A stretch of DNA of 64,000 nucleotides from the NCBI RefSeq assembly GCF_006345805.1, contig NC_043002.1:59954001-60018000 (forward strand), given 5' to 3'. The DNA comes from Octopus sinensis. Lineage: Eukaryota. The translations under genes and the position numbers were made by a program. Below, piece by piece: positions 39,029 through 50,425 of this stretch (positions are counted from its first letter, which is position 1; every line of letters begins with the position of its first letter). A model generated the notes under the pieces. That model ran no database searches, was not told the origin of the DNA, and saw only the letters and a list, made by a program, of their open reading frames with translations.

Positions 39029-39861
39029 TGTAGCTGTTTTTTTGCATACCTGTAGAAAGCTCTGGGTTAGATTTTATGTTTTCTATAGCCCAGGCTTCTT
39101 TGTCTGCTCTTTCTTTTTCATGGGAGAGTTGCAGACATTTTTCGATTTCCAACAGTTTTATTTTTAGGCGGGACTTTTCACTGCTTTCAATCTGTTTGTT
39201 TAGGCGATTTGAAAATTTCGTACGCCGTCTCATTAAAATTTTCCTCTCTCTGGGGATTTTGTTCTTGTGTACAGTGGCCTTTCTCTCTGGGACACATTTG
39301 TAGCATATGGCTTGCATTACAGACATGAATTGTTGAAGTTTCACGTCGATGTCTGGCGAGGAGAGACATTTAGGCCAGTTTTGTTTGAGGATCTCTTTCT
39401 CAATTTGTTTCCAGTTTGCCTTATGGTAGTTCAAGCTGGAAAGATTTTGAGGGTTTCTTGTAGGCTGCATGTCCGTGCTCTCTTTTGGCCCGTACATGGT
39501 CAGCTCTATCATGTTGTGATCCGAGAGTAGTGTCGGTGTCACTTTCACATTATGGATGAGATCCATGTCATTTGTGAAGCAGAGATCCAGTGTTTTCCTG
39601 CCCTGGTTGGTTGGAGTATTACCTGCTCCATGTACAGGGTTTGATGAGGTTCAGGAGGGACCTCGCCTGTCCTCGTTCACATCTTGTCATTCCTGGGAGA
39701 GAAAGGCCCTCGGGCCATCTGACATTGGGCAGATTGAAGTCTCCCATAAGAAGCACACCTATGTGTTGTTCTAATGTGGTTAGAATTTCTTCTATTTTTA
39801 TAAGGCAGTCTTCAAACTTGCCCACATGGCTTGGGGCATCTGGAGGCGATATGTAGCACAC
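39018..39861 (-). CDS. LINE APE endonuclease C-terminal half and linker (two fragments)
   Basis: YISPP, MGDFNLP and LSDHNMI catalytic motifs. Confidence 0.9.
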
Positions 39862-40724
39862 ACAACTACATCAAGTTGCCTAATATGTACAATTAGTGTG
39901 TCACACACCGAGTTTGAGTATGACAAGAGGACCTGGGGTGTGAGGTCCTCACGGATGTACATAGCAACACCTCCATGACTCCTTTCTTTCCTGTCGGTCC
40001 GTAGTACAGCATACTGTGGTATGTGTAACTCCGCATCTGCTATGTCCGGTTTCAGGTGCGTTTCTGTAAGTGCTATGCATAAGGCTTGATTGCATGCAAC
40101 AAAGTCTCTCAGGAACGGGATCTTTGTCCTGTTACTGAGTGTTTGCAGTCCTCTGATGTTCAGTAGGAGTATCGAGGTGAGGTGTACGTCTGTTTGCTGT
40201 GGTGGTCTGGTATATAGTGGGTAGTCCCGCCTGCGGGCTTGGGTTTGATGAAGCCAGGTCAGCTGCTGTACAATCTTTTGTGCCATGCACAAAAAAGATT
40301 GTTGCTCAGCAGCTGCTCTTTCGACATCATGTTGGCTGTTTGTGGCGCGCACATCTGCGTACCTCCGCTTTGGGGCAGGTGGTGCGTGGTCCATCCCTTT
40401 TCTTTGTGTTGATGGTTTGTCCATCTGCCTCGTGTCTCTGTGGCAGGGTCCCCGATGTGCAAAGCGGCAGCCTGCACCTTCCTTTCCATGCCAGCAGGAA
40501 CCTCTCAGGTAGAACATACACACCCGTGTGCGCTGTTTGGTTCCATCCTTTGCGGTTCCACTTCTATTTCTGGTTGTTTCACTCTTTGGTCCTGCTTGAG
40601 CTTTTTCTTTTCCTTTAGCTCTTCCAGTCCTTCTTTTAGTTCTTCTTCCTCCCTCTACCTCTTCACCGGGTTCTCCGTCTCCATGGCCCTTGCTGCCGGT
40701 TGGAGAACTTGCACCTGGGTTCAC
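39798..40724 (-). CDS. Basic region and CCCH zinc finger in frame with the APE N-terminus
   Basis: CMFYLRGSCWHGKEGAGCRFAH, then LLLNIRGL..IALTETHL..RTDR..HGGVAMYI. Confidence 0.85.
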   Translation of the reverse strand: MNPGASSPTGSKGHGDGEPGEEVEGGRRTKRRTGRAKGKEKAQAGPKSETTRNRSGTAKDGTKQRTRVCMFYLRGSCWHGKEGAGCRFAHRGPCHRDTRQMDKPSTQRKGMDHAPPAPKRRYADVRATNSQHDVERAAAEQQSFLCMAQKIVQQLTWLHQTQARRRDYPLYTRPPQQTDVHLTSILLLNIRGLQTLSNRTKIPFLRDFVACNQALCIALTETHLKPDIADAELHIPQYAVLRTDRKERSHGGVAMYIREDLTPQVLLSYSNSVCDTLIVHIRQLDVVVCATYRLQMPQAMWASLKTAL

Positions 40725-41038
40725 TTCCCGGCAGGTTTCTCATTCAAAACCTCCTCTCGGGCGTCCACCAGGTGGGGGTGACTTCTTTCATCGTCTCCAT
40801 TCTTGCCATCTTTGCTCCGCTCGTTCTCAAAGATGGCATCAAGTGCGCCAATGTGCGACCGTACAAGCGCATATGAGCGCACGAATTCCTGTCTCTTTCG
40901 CTCCATCTGAGCCGCTGTCCTCTTGTAGCCTCTGCTCTTCAGCGCAGCCGCAATCACCTCCCTAGGGCTATCTCCGCCGGCGCACTCCCATGCTCGTACA
41001 AATAAATCCAGCTCGTCACGTCTCCATGCTCTGGACAT
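40721..41038 (-). CDS. LINE ORF1 N-terminus with Myb/SANT-like (trihelix) domain
   Basis: WRRDELDLFVRAW..IAAALKSRGYKRTAAQMERKRQEFVRSY fits the W..E..L..W..IA..L..GY.RT..Q..K..Y pattern. Confidence 0.75.
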   Translation of the reverse strand: MSRAWRRDELDLFVRAWECAGGDSPREVIAAALKSRGYKRTAAQMERKRQEFVRSYALVRSHIGALDAIFENERSKDGKNGDDERSHPHLVDAREEVLNEKPAGK

Positions 41039-41094
41039 GCTGGATAATCCGTCTATCCGTTTATCTATCTAATTATGTTCGAGAGAAGACAGGA

Positions 41095-42100
41095 AGATAT
41101 TAAGGCTAATTAGAAGATAGAGTACTTGAAAAAGAAATATTAACATATTAAAGTTTGTGTAAAAACGTTATTTGGGTAAAAACGTTATTTAATCTTAAGG
41201 CTAATTAGGGTAGAGTATCTGAAAATGTATTAGCAATATTAATATTATATTAGAGTGTGGATAAAAACGTTGTTTAATCTTAAGGCTAATTAGGAGATAG
41301 AGTATCTGAAAATATATTAGCAATATTAATATTATATTAGAGTGTGGGTAATAAACGTTATTTAATTTAATCTTAAGGCTAATTAGAAGACAGAGTATCT
41401 GAAAAATTATATATACAATATTAAGCAATATTAACCGTTATTTAATTTAATCTTAAGGCTAATTAGACATTATTAATATTAAACGTTATTTAATTTAATC
41501 TTAAGGCTAATTAGAAGATAGAGTATCTGAAAATATATTAGCAATATTAATATTATATTAGAGTGTGGATAAAAACGTTATTTAATCTTAAGGCTAATCA
41601 GGAGATAGAGTATCTGAAAATATATTAGCAATGTTAATATTATATTAGAGTGTGGGTAATATTAAACGTTATTTAATTTAATCTTAAGGCTAATTAGAAG
41701 ATAGAGTATCTGAAGAATTATTAACAATATTAAACAATATTAAACGTTATTTAATTTAATCTTAAGGCTAATTACAATAATTATTAACAATATTAAACAA
41801 TATTAAACGTTATTTAATTAAATCCTAAGGCTAATTAGACGTTTTTAATATTAAACGTTATTTAATTTAATCTTAAGGCTAATTAGAAGATAGAGTATCT
41901 GAAAAATTATTAACAATATTAAGACAATATTAAACGTTATTTAATTTATCTTAAGGCTAATTAACAATAATTATTAACAATATTAAACAATATTAAACGT
42001 TATTTATTTAATCCTAAGGCTAATTTGACGGTATCAATATTAAACGTTATTTAATTTAATCTTAAGGCTAATTAGAAGATAGAGTATCTGGAAAATTATT
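41095..42100. repeat. AT-rich variable-unit minisatellite in the LINE 5' UTR
   Basis: About 14 copies of TAAGGCTAAT within the core AAACGTTATTTAATTTAATCTTAAGGCTAATTA; unit lengths ~48-96 bp. Confidence 0.9.
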
Positions 42101-42562
42101 ATATCGAGAACAGTTATTGATAATGTAAACAAAACAAAATGACGATCGCAACTTTAACTAAGATGTGGGCCTAAGTGAAAGATAAAATAGAATAATAAAT
42201 AAAATATTAAATAAAATATGAAATAGATGAAATTGATACTTAATCCAACAATGTGGTCTGGATTATTTTTTGGGTTTACGGGATTTTTTTTCAGGAGAGA
42301 TGCTTCTTTTTTCTTTCTTGCAGGAGATAACTTGATTCAGTTATTTTTGCACCATGTGCGTTTCGGCGAAAATGAAAATGACTGTGTATATGTATATATT
42401 TATATATATATTTTTAAAAATATTTTTAACCAAAGTGTTGTAGTGATCTCTGTGACTTAGAGTTTTACGTTTTGCAACTACAGTGGGTTATTTCGCCGTT
42501 CTATGCAAACTTTTTCACAGAGCAAAGGCAATCACGTCTTTCTCTGCTGACAACGGAACCGG

Positions 42563-42614
<52 letters not shown>

Positions 42615-42618
<4 letters not shown>

Positions 42619-43838
42619 GTTTAAATTTACAGAAAATAAAAGACGAAGTTTGGTGCAGGAACAACAAACAAGTTTAACGCTCGGGAAGAATGGAAAGGTT
42701 GTTTACGTCTGGAGCTTAGGCTTTTCGACAGAAACGATTCAGTGGGAAAAAAATGCAGTGATAGAGAAAATGTCTAAGAATTACCCATATTGAAATATGG
42801 TGAAATAGCAAGAACGAAGAGGCTGAATGGGAGGTAAACATGGTGACTCGATCAAACGAGTTTCTCCTCGCATGCGCATGTGTATGTGTGAATGTTGTGT
42901 GTGAATGGAGTGCGTGAATGTGTATGAATGAATGGGGGTAAGAGTGTGAGGATGTAGGTATGGCGGGCTGAAAAATATGTGGACCTGTGTGTGTGTATGT
43001 GTATGTGTGTGTAAGTGAGCCTGTGGGTAAATTATGTGGAATGATATGCGTTACCTGTACTGGTGTGTATGTATTTGTGCGTAAGGGCGTGTGTATGTAT
43101 ATGTGCGGTTATCATGTGTGTCTGCCAACGCATTGGCCTGAGTGTGTGTGTGTATATGTACAAGTAAACTAGTGTATGATTTGTGTGGAATGGTACGTAT
43201 GTGTGTCTGTGTGTATGTACGCGCGTACATGCGTGTGCAAACCCTTGTGTTTAGCAGTTGATGTGCTCATGTTCGGGTGGTGTCTACACGTGTGTATGTG
43301 TGTATGTGTGTGTGTCTGTGACGATATATTGTGCATGCCTATAGTGTATGCTTGTGGGCGAAAGTTATCGGTGTCTATGTGTTTTGCGTGTGTTTATGCG
43401 TGTTGCATGTGTATGTATATTTGTGTGTGTGCAGGCATTATGTGGTTGTGTGAATGTGGTGTGCATCACGGCATGTGGTGTGTGTGTATTAAGTTGAACA
43501 GTATATAGGGCTGCACGTATAGTGGTGACGGCATTGAAGAGTGTGGTGGGGTGTAGTGTGGGTGATGAGGAGTGTTGAGTACTAGTGTTATGGAGCGGGA
43601 AGGTGTTTGTGTGTGGTGTGTGTAATGGTGTGTAAAGCGAGTAATAACTTGAATAGTGCGTATGGGTTCTGGTGGAGTAGAGACGCAGTTGAATGTGGGA
43701 GGTGTGTAGGAATCTGTGTGGGGTGGTGTAAGATGAAGAAAGTCGCGAGTTGAGCCCAAACGGCGCAACGGAACAAAGGGAGAAGATTAAAACTTGTTCA
43801 CGGCGAAGGCGAGAATCGAGGTGGCCCCTGTGCAGGCT
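42615..43838 (-). mobile_element. 5'-truncated Penelope-like element (GIY-YIG C-terminus, CA-rich 3' UTR, terminal repeat)
   Basis: Minus-strand translation of ~43745-43838 gives SLHRGHLDSRLRREQVLIFSLCSVAPFGLN. Terminus 42615-42740 is homologous to 56270-56400. Confidence 0.75.
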
Positions 43839-45266
43839 ATTTAAAGAAATATTGCCTCACTTGCGTATGCTGCATTTTAAAATTTAACAACAAAATCAAT
43901 AATTTTTTATTTATCAAAACCTACAAATAATGAAATACAGAGGTGATTTCGACAGGAAGGGGAAGCAGGATGTATATCTATGTAATAATATCCGTAAGGC
44001 AATTAAACTTCACAGATATAGCATTCGTTTCTGTCAATCGCTTTTTCCAATAAAAACAGTTGTAGTGCTAGCAGTAGTAGTAGTGCAAAAGTAGAAGTGA
44101 TGGTAACATTATTCCTGGCGATGGTAGTAGTATTAATAGTCATGGTAGTGGTTGTGGTAGAAGTAGTAATGGCGGATGTTCCGGAGTAGTCGTCATATTG
44201 GTGTTACACAATATTAGTGATGGATGTGGTAGAAGCAGTGATAGTGGTGCTGGTGATAGAAAAAGTAGTTTTGCGGGTGTTGAAAGTACATGTAGTAGTA
44301 GTGTCGAGGCAGTAGTATGAGAAGTGAAGGTGGTAGTCTTAATGGTGGTGGTAGTGAAGATGGTAGTAGGAGTTGCATGGGCAGAAGCAGTAGTAGTAGT
44401 GGTAGTAATAGTAACCAGTAGTCGGTAGTCAGCGTTTCCAAAGACAGTGGTGGTGGTGGTGGTGATGGTGGTGGGGGTGGGGGTGATGATGTACCCACCT
44501 TCAAGGCAGACTTGTTGGTTCTGATTCACTTTGCATTTTTTCGTCCTTTCGCTCGCATCAAATTTCCAATTCTGATATTGGAAAATATAATTCTTAAGTG
44601 TTTGCTATGTTTACATTAAATGATCTGATTTCACGGCCCCAAGACATTCTGCGGTGTTGCTGGAGGCGATTTTCCATTAAGTCTTTTGTTTCGATTTTTC
44701 CTCATTGTTGCTTGTTTATTTTGTTAGGGATGTTGTTTTTTGTACAATCAAAATGATTTCTTCACAACCCAACACCCCATACCCACACACATATATCTTT
44801 ATGTATTATATATATACATACACATACAAACATACATACATTTATATTTGTTTATTCACAGATATATACGCACATATATACATTCGTGTTCATATGTATG
44901 TACATACATATTTATATATATGTGCGCACACACACATACACACATGTATGTCTTTAAACATATATATAATCGTTGATTACAAAAACGATAGCACGACAAA
45001 ATAAATGTGAATGAGTATGTATGTGTGTCTGTGTGCGTGTGTAGTATGTATTTATATATATATGTACATGTACATATATATAATTATATATATATATGTG
45101 TGTGTGTGCGTATGAGTGTGTAAACACTCATGTGTTTGTGCCATGTTACTGTTTTTTTTGTCATGTTGAGATTTTATGCAAATTTATGATATAAATGAAT
45201 TTAAGGGATGATACTGACTGCACGGCTTCTACCTCTGTAGATGATGATAGTGATGATGATGATGAC

Positions 45267-45298
<32 letters not shown>

Positions 45299-45919
45299 CG
45301 ACGGCGTTGATGCCGCCAGTGATGGTGGTTTTCGTTGAAGCGACGGTGTCGGGTGTTTGTTGTGGCTCTGGCAGATGCGGTGATAACATTGAAACTCATT
45401 TGAAGTTTTTGTACGTTTGTCAGTGGGTTTCTATCATTTTTCTTTGTGTAGCCGATCACGCTGTTACTACATAAGAGGTACAATGTTTCTCCAATGATCA
45501 TGGAATCCTATAAATATACAGGAATAGAATTGCAGGGGATGTCTACAAATAACTGGAAAGTAAGCAGCTGTTTAAAAGAGGAATACAGTGTAAAATAGAA
45601 CCTTAATTACTTATATATTCTGGGGGAATGCAGCATCTACGTAGGGGACAAAAATTATTTATACCAAATGAGTTTTCATCCAGGGAAGCAGTAAAAAATT
45701 GGAAAGAGCTCAAGGGTAGTGGTTCTCGAGAAAGATTTGCGGAAGTATTTATATATTCGCGTATGTATGTATGTAGGCAAGTCGGTACGTATCTATGTGT
45801 GGATAGATGGGTGATGGATGAATGCATATGTGAAATGGTGATGCGTCACCCACAAATATAAACAGATGCAACTACCCACACACACATTACGCAGACGCAC
45901 AAACGTACACATACACACA

Positions 45920-46372
45920 CACAAATACGATGGACTTCTTTCAGATTCAATGCACCAATTGAAATCACAACCTTTAGGTCGGCCCGACGATAGAGTTGAA
46001 GACAACTGACCTAGGTGCCACACAGAGGCAACCTCCTTGGGAAAAAAACTTCTTACCACACATACACAAGCTTCTGTAAAAACATACGCATCTGTCTGTG
46101 CATTAGTGAGTTTCTATTGATCTATGTTTGTGGGTGTGTATATGCGTGAGCGTTTTTACATTTCATCTCCTACGGCTTTTGATGGTCTCTTTACCTCTCC
46201 GTAACCTAGCGGCTCAACGAAAAGACACAGACACAATTAATATCAGGCTCAAAAAGAACAGAATTGGATCAACTTATTTAAAAAAAAAATTTCCAACCTT
46301 ATACTTCAAAGTGGCGTTCCATGATGGCGGACATGCACTGATTGAAACAAGTAAGACTAAATGAATAAATGA
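45920..46372. mobile_element. Degenerate SINE family A halves in opposite orientations
   Basis: 5' half on minus (45920-46060); 3' half on plus (46130-46372). Confidence 0.6.
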
Positions 46373-47690
46373 AGGGACATAAACACCACATGCAACGCAC
46401 ACGCGTAGAGACACACACATAAAGACACACGCATAGAGACACGCGAATACATATACATACACATTCACTCTTACACACGCACGTACACACACAAACACAA
46501 AACACACACACACTCAGACACATAAAGGTATCGGGCATCATATTTTACCGTGAGACTTTAAGTAAATGTAATATTTTACACTCGTAAATACATCTTCCGT
46601 GTCCTCGTTTTTGAAATTTTAAAGTAACGTTAATTATCTTTTTTTTCCCCAATATATTTTTTTTCTGATTCTGTATTTATAGCGATCAGTTATAGCAGCT
46701 CCGCAAAACGTCTCCTGTTAATGAGAATTCCAAACTTTCGATTAATGCATTTGGAAATAACGATTATCTGTTGAATTGGAATGAAAGTGACTGAAATATC
46801 CCCTTCATTCCACCCGCCTTTCAATGAAAATTAGAATGACCAATATGTTTAAATTTAAAATATTTAGAATAAAAATATCTAAAAACGGGAAAACGGATAT
46901 TCGGAGATTTGACCGAAAATGTGCAAGGAATATAAATAGTCATAAAAAGAAACCGATATTCAAATGTGCTTTCGGCTAAGTAGACCATTAAATATTTATA
47001 ACGAAAGCTTATCAAAAGGGAAAATACTTTGGCAATAAATGATGTCGTTATAAAAGGGCAACAGTCTAAAATAATAAATCGCATAATTGACTTTTTTCTA
47101 ATTGGTGAGTATGGCGGAAGGTGCAACGCCCACGACACCTCCTGGCCCTTCAAGAGGGGTGAAACTGATGCCAATAATGTACTGGTGAAAGTAGTGAGTC
47201 GATGCTTGGAGTTGACAATATCAGTATCGTGAAGTAGACTGCGGGTGAGATTCGTATAATGAGCCGAAGACCAAGTCAATTATCTCTATACACAGAGTAC
47301 TGTCCCCAAAATCAAATTTAAGTTAGCGGCACACGAAATGCATATCAAGAGGAAGAAGTATGAGAAATATGACAACATTTGTTGGGAATGAGAGTTGGGG
47401 CTTGGTAAATAATATCAAAACTATTACTGTGCGCCCTAAGCAATTACGAATTTCATCCGTGTTCTCTTCATAAAAACAGCAACGTTGTGAAACTGGTTAA
47501 GTCTATAAAAATAAAGTATTTAAAAGACTCAGAAGTATATTTTCAACTGTTTTTGCATATTTCTACTCGTGTGTAGTAAACTAATTTTCTTTCCCTAAAC
47601 ATACATACATATATACATAGATACATTATACATGCACCACACATACACATACACAAACATACACACACGCACACAGACACACACATATAT

Positions 47691-48252
47691 ACTCCTCGTC
47701 TCGAACGCTACTACGTCGTTTTACTCCCCGTCTCGAACGCTCCCCCGTCGTTTTATTCCCTGTCTCGAACGCTCCCCCCTCATTATACCCCCAGTCTCGA
47801 AGAGCTCCCCATTCGATTTACTCCCCGTCTCAAACGCTGCCCCGTCGTTTTATTCCCCGTCTCGAACGCTCACCCATCTCTTTACTCCCTGTCTCGAACG
47901 CTCCCCCGTCGTTTTACTCCCCGTTTCCAATGCACATCCCATTTCTTTACACCATTTCTCGAACGCACCCCCTCATTTTACCCCCCGTCTCGAACGCTCC
48001 CCATTCATTTTACTCCCCGTCTCCAACGCTACCCCGTCGTTTTACTCCCATTCTCCAACACTATCCTTTCGTTTTTCTCCCCGTCTCGAGCGCTCAACCG
48101 TCGTTTTAACCCCATTCTCGAGCACTCCTTGTCGGTTGCCCACATCTGTAACACTCCTGGTCGATAGCACAACTCTAGAGCAGTCCTCGTCGGTTGCGCA
48201 CTTCACGAGTAGTCCTCGTCGGTTGCCTACCTATCGAGAACTCCTCGTCGGA
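47691..48252. repeat. 32-bp CpG-rich minisatellite grading into a related ~30-bp unit
   Basis: TTTTACTCCCCGTCTCGAACGCTCCCCCGTCG about 13 times, then CGAG..TCCTCGTCGGTTGC about 4 times. Confidence 0.9.
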
Positions 48253-49664
48253 TGAGAGATTTGAGGATGGGACTTCCTGGAAAATTCCGAGTACCTTCTG
48301 GAAAGTTCCGAGGATGAAAGTTCCAGGGCTGATGAAAATTTGTGGAAAATTCTGCGAACTTCCTGGGAAGTTCGGAGAGTGAGACTTCCTGTAACTATAC
48401 GCATCTGGATGAGGTATGAGGTTATAAACCGCCTGGTTACACTGCATTTTCACGCATTTTTGCAGCCTAAAAATAATGCTATCTTGCAGACTTAGCGGAC
48501 ACTCCAACATTACTTCCGGTGAGGATGCCAGCCAATCGCAGCGATACTCATTTACAGCTCAACGGGCTCGAGATAGTAAAATGAAGCTCTATGGCTAAGA
48601 ATCGAAACTACAACCCTTCGAGCTATACACTTTCTACTAGGCCACGTGCCTTCGCATACGCATCCTGATACACACATGAGCACCATACTACACAAACACG
48701 CACACATACACACACATGTATGTATATATACATGCAGATATGAACCTGTATATATATATATTTACACACATATATATGCACACATAGGTGTGTGTGTGTG
48801 TGTTTGCGTTTGTATGTATATATGTATGTGTGGCCTCATTGGGAATAGGGGAGATTATATTTATAATGTACTAAAAAAGAAAACGGAAATTAAGTTTTTC
48901 GTCCTGGGATAAAGTAATCAGAAAATGTTCTGTTCTGACTGATATTACAAAAGAAAGAATCGCTTCTTTTTTTAGAGCAGCTATTGTAAAGTTTATCACC
49001 AAATAACGACACTAACTATAGATCAACCTTCCTGATTAGTATTTCAACTAATATTACAGCTATGCAACTTATCAACAACGACGCGGTACCACGATGTTAT
49101 TTTGGGTTACTGAACGGATACACAAATTACTTTCACTAGCCAACTTGCAGTTTAAGTTGATAGCCGTAAGACCTGCAGTTTTCTGCAGGTATTATAGTTT
49201 CACAAGACAGCGAGACGTATATTTTTATGCATCGTTTTTCATTTCCTTTGTCTGGTGCTACAGCGAATATTCAACTTTGCCAGCAATTCGCCTCTCATCA
49301 TCCTCACTAGAAAACAACTTTAACTGAACGATTCTGCCAGTTCTAATATGAGTTTATTTATGTTAACGTCTACTATAACATTATTAACCAACTAAACTTA
49401 TGCCAATAATATAAATCCGTAAAGATTACCATTCGCAGTCTGCATGATCTGCATGGTTTATATAATTTGAACTATCGATTTGGCATACTAGACGGTGATA
49501 TATCACTGTGTAACACATTGTTGCGTTGCTTCACTAATTATTACTCGACCAATTACACTATGTATGTCAAAAAGCTATCGGAGGAAATGTAGAAATGAAC
49601 TGTTGAACTCATGTAAATAGAATGATTCTATTTCTCTCCTTTTCGTCTATGATAGAGTCACTAT

Positions 49665-49772
49665 GGGTGCAGGAGTAGCTGTGTGGTAAGTAGCTTGTTT
49701 ACCAACAACATGTTTCCAAGTTCAGTCCCGCTGTGTGGTACCTTGGGCAAGTGTCTTCTACTATAGCCTCGG
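49665..49772 (+). mobile_element. SINE family A head; a matching 3' half lies at ~51518-51735
   Basis: GGGTGCAGGAGTAGCTGTGTGGTAAG...ACTATAGCCTCGG. The 3' half ends GCAGTCAAATGACTGAAAC. Confidence 0.8.
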
Positions 49773-49948
49773 AAATATTAATATATCGAAATATTATTTC
49801 TAAATCTCTCTGTTCGAAGGTTATAATGGACACAGGTTTCTGTGTCACATAGCTAGCTAGAGACGATGGACTCTTGGAGCTATTTAACAGTAGCATTTGT
49901 CCTATTTTCCTGGACTGCCATGTTAGCTTGGCGATAACTATTAATATT

Positions 49949-50015
<67 letters not shown>

Positions 50016-50080
50016 GTATGTGTGTTTGTGTGTGTGGTGTGTGTGTTGTGTGTGTGTGTGTGTATGCGTGGTGTGTGTGT

Positions 50081-50398
50081 GTGAAGGCGCATGGATAAGT
50101 GGTTAGAGCGTAGAGCTTACAATCGTGGGGTTGTGAGCTCGATTCCCGGACTGGGCTGTGTGTTGTGTTCTTGAACAAGACACTTTATTTCCTGTTGTTT
50201 CAGTTAATTCAGCTGTAGAAATGAGTTACGACATCACTGGTGCCAAGCTGTATCGGCCTTTGCCTTTCCCTTGGATAACATCGGTGGTGTAGAGAGGCGA
50301 AGCCGGTATAGATGGGCGACTGCTAGCCTTCCACAGACAATCTCGCCCTGACTTGTGCCTCGGAGGGTAATCCTCTAGGTGCAATCCTATGGTCATTA
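50081..50398 (+). mobile_element. SINE family B
   Basis: Colinear with 14246-14612. Confidence 0.88.
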
Positions 50399-50425
50399 TA
50401 TATATATATTTAAGTATATATATAT

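Larger units (their letters stand above)
37121..42384 (-). mobile_element. Near full-length APE-RT LINE (CR1/L2 group); 5' boundary tentative
   Basis: (AATC)n 3' tail at 37121-37148, short 3' UTR, RT, APE, CCCH and Myb-like ORFs, and a tandem-array 5' UTR. TA-rich flanks on both sides. Confidence 0.9.

Noticed and set aside
38230-40965. Plus-strand ORFs overlapping the LINE
   Set aside because: Antisense shadows of a relatively GC-rich coding region, with no recognisable motifs.
41095-42100. CRISPR-like appearance (constant core with variable intervening sequence)
   Set aside because: The intervening segments are recombined copies of each other rather than unique spacers. There are no cas genes and the context is a eukaryotic LINE 5' UTR.
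46821-47279. 152-aa minus and 67-aa plus ORFs
   Set aside because: No recognisable domain or convincing splice context.
47632-48255. 207-aa ORF over the 32-bp array
   Set aside because: The unit is not a multiple of three and the peptide cycles through frames; it stays open because the repeat lacks stops.
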